Assembly: GCA_963693365.1 (NCBI GenBank)
Contig: CAVNZM010000005.1
Span: 11,245,728-11,309,727, forward strand
DNA length: 64,000 nucleotides
Reading direction: 5' to 3'
From: Amoebidium appalachense
Taxonomy: Eukaryota > Protista > Ichthyosporea
Within the stretch, counting starts at the first letter, position 1, and each line of letters starts with the position of its first letter. The position numbers were made by a program, and so were the translations under genes. This document shows positions 49,077-64,000 of this stretch, one piece after another. The notes beneath the pieces were generated by a model. That model did not search any database. It was not told the DNA's origin and was given only the letters and a program-made list of their open reading frames with translations.

Positions 49077-49852
49077 CCCCCCTCCCCCCCGTTTTGTTCT
49101 TGTCAGTTACTGGTTTCAAAATATCCTTTCTTTGGGCCTTTTTTGCTCGCTACGTTCATCCACGAATGTCCTCTGTTCAGGGTTTTGGTGGGCCGCTTCT
49201 CCCATAATGTGCTGTTTGCCTACTTGGTGCCTGTGCACGGGGTATTGGTGTGTTTTGGTTGGTGGAGATTCATAGGCTCTGTGGTGTGTAGAATCACAAA
49301 CTCGGTGCCTGCATAAGCTGTGCCTGCAGTGTCTTTTTTCTCGGCTGCTTGAGGAGGACATTATAGTCCCATGATCGAGTGGTTGGTTCGCTGCAGTCGT
49401 GTATTGACATATACGGGAAAATTCATTTTGGTTTTTGGCCTCTGATTTCATGATAAAGGAGAAGGAGAGGGTGAGTCTGATGTTGCGATATCAGCACGTA
49501 ATTGTGGAAATGGATTATGTGGGAGGGAGTATCTACTGTACTCTAGGGTTTTGTACCGGTTTGGAATGGTGGGTGGTACATTCAACAAAATGAAACTGAT
49601 TTCTCCCCTCCTTCCCCCCCCCCCCCCCCCCCCACCCCCCTCTCTCTATTCACACACACGCGCGCGCGCGCGCGCACGCACGTGGATTTCCCCATCCACT
49701 GATACACATGCACGCACGTGCCCACTCTCAAACAACAGTGTTACCTGGGTGATGCGTTCCGCTGTGCAACCTGCCCATATTTGGGCATGCCAGCGTTCAA
49801 GCCTGGTGAGACGGTCAAGCTCACAAACAGGCAGCTCAAGGGGGACCTCTAG
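41966..49852 (+). CDS. CIAPIN1: Anamorsin / Dre2 (cytosolic Fe-S cluster assembly), 11 exons, ~322 aa
   Basis: Exons 41966-42030, 42782-42870, 43743-43856, 44138-44208, 44981-45044, 45512-45618, 47064-47136, 47560-47603, 47999-48095, 48803-48933 and 49739-49852 are phase-consistent. Motifs: [86 protein letters not shown]. Confidence 0.96.
45663..45785 (+). repeat. 5'-truncated copy of the dispersed structured repeat
   Basis: CTCTGCTTATGACGCATACTGTGCACATTGCTGATG..CCGCATTCAA, preceded by poly(C). Confidence 0.85.
45956..46237 (+). mobile_element. Longest copy (A) of the dispersed structured repeat; SINE-like retroposon or intronic ncRNA
   Basis: Shares its 5' start (CCTTGCYTGCATAAGCAACCCTGCTCGTCT) and 3' end (CATTCAA plus poly C) with 56598-56845. 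Internal helices are conserved. Confidence 0.7.
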
Positions 49853-50178
49853 GGCTCTCTCCTAACGGCAATCTTGTAGCCACTTTGTTTTTCCGAGTTG
49901 AAATCTTGAGGGCACAAATACTAATTTGGACTGTGTGGTGTGATTCAACGGGCAGTGCCTGTGAAGATATGAGCAGCACCTGGCAGGCATAAGCTGGGCG
50001 GCTTGATATGATTAAATAAAATATGATTGTATAACAGAGCATCTATATGTTTCCTAGCTCCTAGTTTGCCCAGTTTGCCCACCCATTGCTGAGCACTTTG
50101 AACCAAGCTCCTTATCACCCAAGGAGGCCTTTGAACTTGGTACTGTAGCGCCATTCTGCGCGCCATTTTTTAGTTTAT

Positions 50179-50310
50179 CCAATCAGGTCACGTTTTTTGT
50201 AATAGACGGTGCAAAAAGAGCCAATCATTGCCTACTTTGCCGCATTCCATCCGGTTTGCGCAATTCTTAATATGCCCGACGAGCAACCGTTGATCCTGTT
50301 TACGTCATCT
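50179..50310 (+). promoter_or_regulatory. Putative promoter (two CCAAT boxes, GGTCACGT, TTACGTCA) of the 50612 gene
   Basis: Motif matches 300-430 bp upstream of the ATG, within a short intergenic region. Confidence 0.4.
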
Positions 50311-50611
50311 GCTTCGTTTTTTGCCAAAACTTTGAAAGCCTCAGAGGCGGTGGCGGCGGGACCGAGATCCCCTACACTGACAAAATCAAGGTTCTACTCA
50401 CTGTCGAATCTACACACTGTCGAATCTTTGCATCTGGCAGGCATGTAGGGTAGCCTGTCAAGTATTCAAATAGGACATTGACCGGGCACTAGCACTAGCT
50501 AGTTCACGTGTCAGTGGTGTGCGTTCGTTTGGCCGCTTGAGAGGTGGCGAACCTCCACTGGTAATTTGAATTTTGAGCACGGAGACCGGGATCTTCTAGG
50601 TAGTGGCTAAG

Positions 50612-62837
<12,226 letters not shown>

Positions 62838-63605
62838 GCATGTGTGCCTGTTTAGCTGGCTCGTAGCAGAGGAGGGCAAATTTAAATGTTTTGCATGCAT
62901 GTTTTAAATTGGTAATCGCACAGGAAGTCACCAAGGAGTATTTTGATAGGTTTTATTGACAGTTGTCAATTATATACTTGTGACATACTTAAGAAAAAAA
63001 CCTTGCCACAACCAAAATAGTTCGTTTTCAAAGTTTAGTTTGATATGATTTTTGACTAGAAAAAAGGATTAAGTGTGTGTGTGTGTGTGTTGTGGTGGTG
63101 GTGGTGGTGGTGGTTGTTGGGGGGAGGGGAGCTGTGTATTTGGTTACTATTAGCAGACAAACGTGATGTTTGAACCATTGAATGTATGTATGTATGCTTT
63201 GTATTGTAAGATGGTGTGCTTCCAAAAATAACCAGTCCTGTAGTCTATGTGATTAGTCTCCCAGGCTTGTACCGCTAGCTTACGTGAGGCCAGGCCTACT
63301 TCACTGTGACCACATACAAGGTGTGTCAGAGAGGCCACAGGGAGACAGCACTCAAAGTGACTACTGTATGCGTGTGTGTGGTGGCCATAGCATTACACAA
63401 CAGCGGGCATGTGGTTACTCACGAGGAACACATTCCCAATGCAAGAGGTGTGCCTCTTTCGACTAGTGAAAGTGTGCTTATTCAAAACACAGAACCAACC
63501 AACAAAACCTAACCCCCCCCCCCACCCTCGGAGCTGCCAAATGTGTTGTTTTCTGTTTTCTTCATATTAATTTCTTTTGGTGGTGGTGGTGGTCGTGGCG
63601 TGTGT

Positions 63606-63659
<54 letters not shown>

Positions 63660-64000
63660 CTCTTGACGATTTGGACATTTTCACGTGCACGTGTACATCA
63701 ATAGCCGGAGCCCCAGTGCGAATTCTTGAACTCAGATCCATTGGTTTTTTCATTCAGATATCTGGTCTGCTGCTATAGAAGGTCTGCATGATAACAGATT
63801 CAAAGGGATTATATCGATATCATAATGTGTGCAAATGTGACGTGTGTTTGCGTGTATGTCTACATATCATGCATATCCATCGTGCAAGCTCGTATATGGA
63901 AGTGGTTGGTAGTGGTACTATGTGATAGAATAAGTATTCGAGAGGAATAGGCAGGAAAAATGACGTCTCAATAAATCACTGTCCCGCAATGTGCTTGAAC

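Overview
Eukaryotic, intron-rich genomic DNA. Introns are saturated with poly(C)/poly(G), (CA)n/(GT)n and (CT)n/(GA)n tracts, so almost all ORFs in the six-frame track are repeat artefacts. The style suggests a unicellular holozoan or similar protist (low-confidence inference). Joining GT-AG exons by hand with phase checks gives eight genes: (1) the 5' part of a sestrin-like gene (minus, runs off the left edge); (2) NDUFAF1/CIA30; (3) a secreted bacterial-type sphingomyelinase (EEP family); (4) a pseudokinase with a 1-nt frameshift and a chain of symmetric phase-2 exons; (5) an intronless membrane-anchored PL14 polysaccharide lyase; (6) an intronless DUF2256-DUF3253 protein; (7) anamorsin/Dre2; (8) an uncharacterised ~357-aa protein. 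The most unusual non-coding signal is a dispersed ~250-280 bp repeat family with about 10 or more copies or fragments. It has a fixed 3' end (..CATTCAA) abutting poly(C), variable 5' truncation, and sense orientation in host introns. Its two longest copies share helices and a pseudoknot-type pairing with compensatory changes. Also present are a TIR element, several minisatellites, a strong isolated hairpin and unusual splice-acceptor architecture. All family assignments come from motif recognition; no database search was run.
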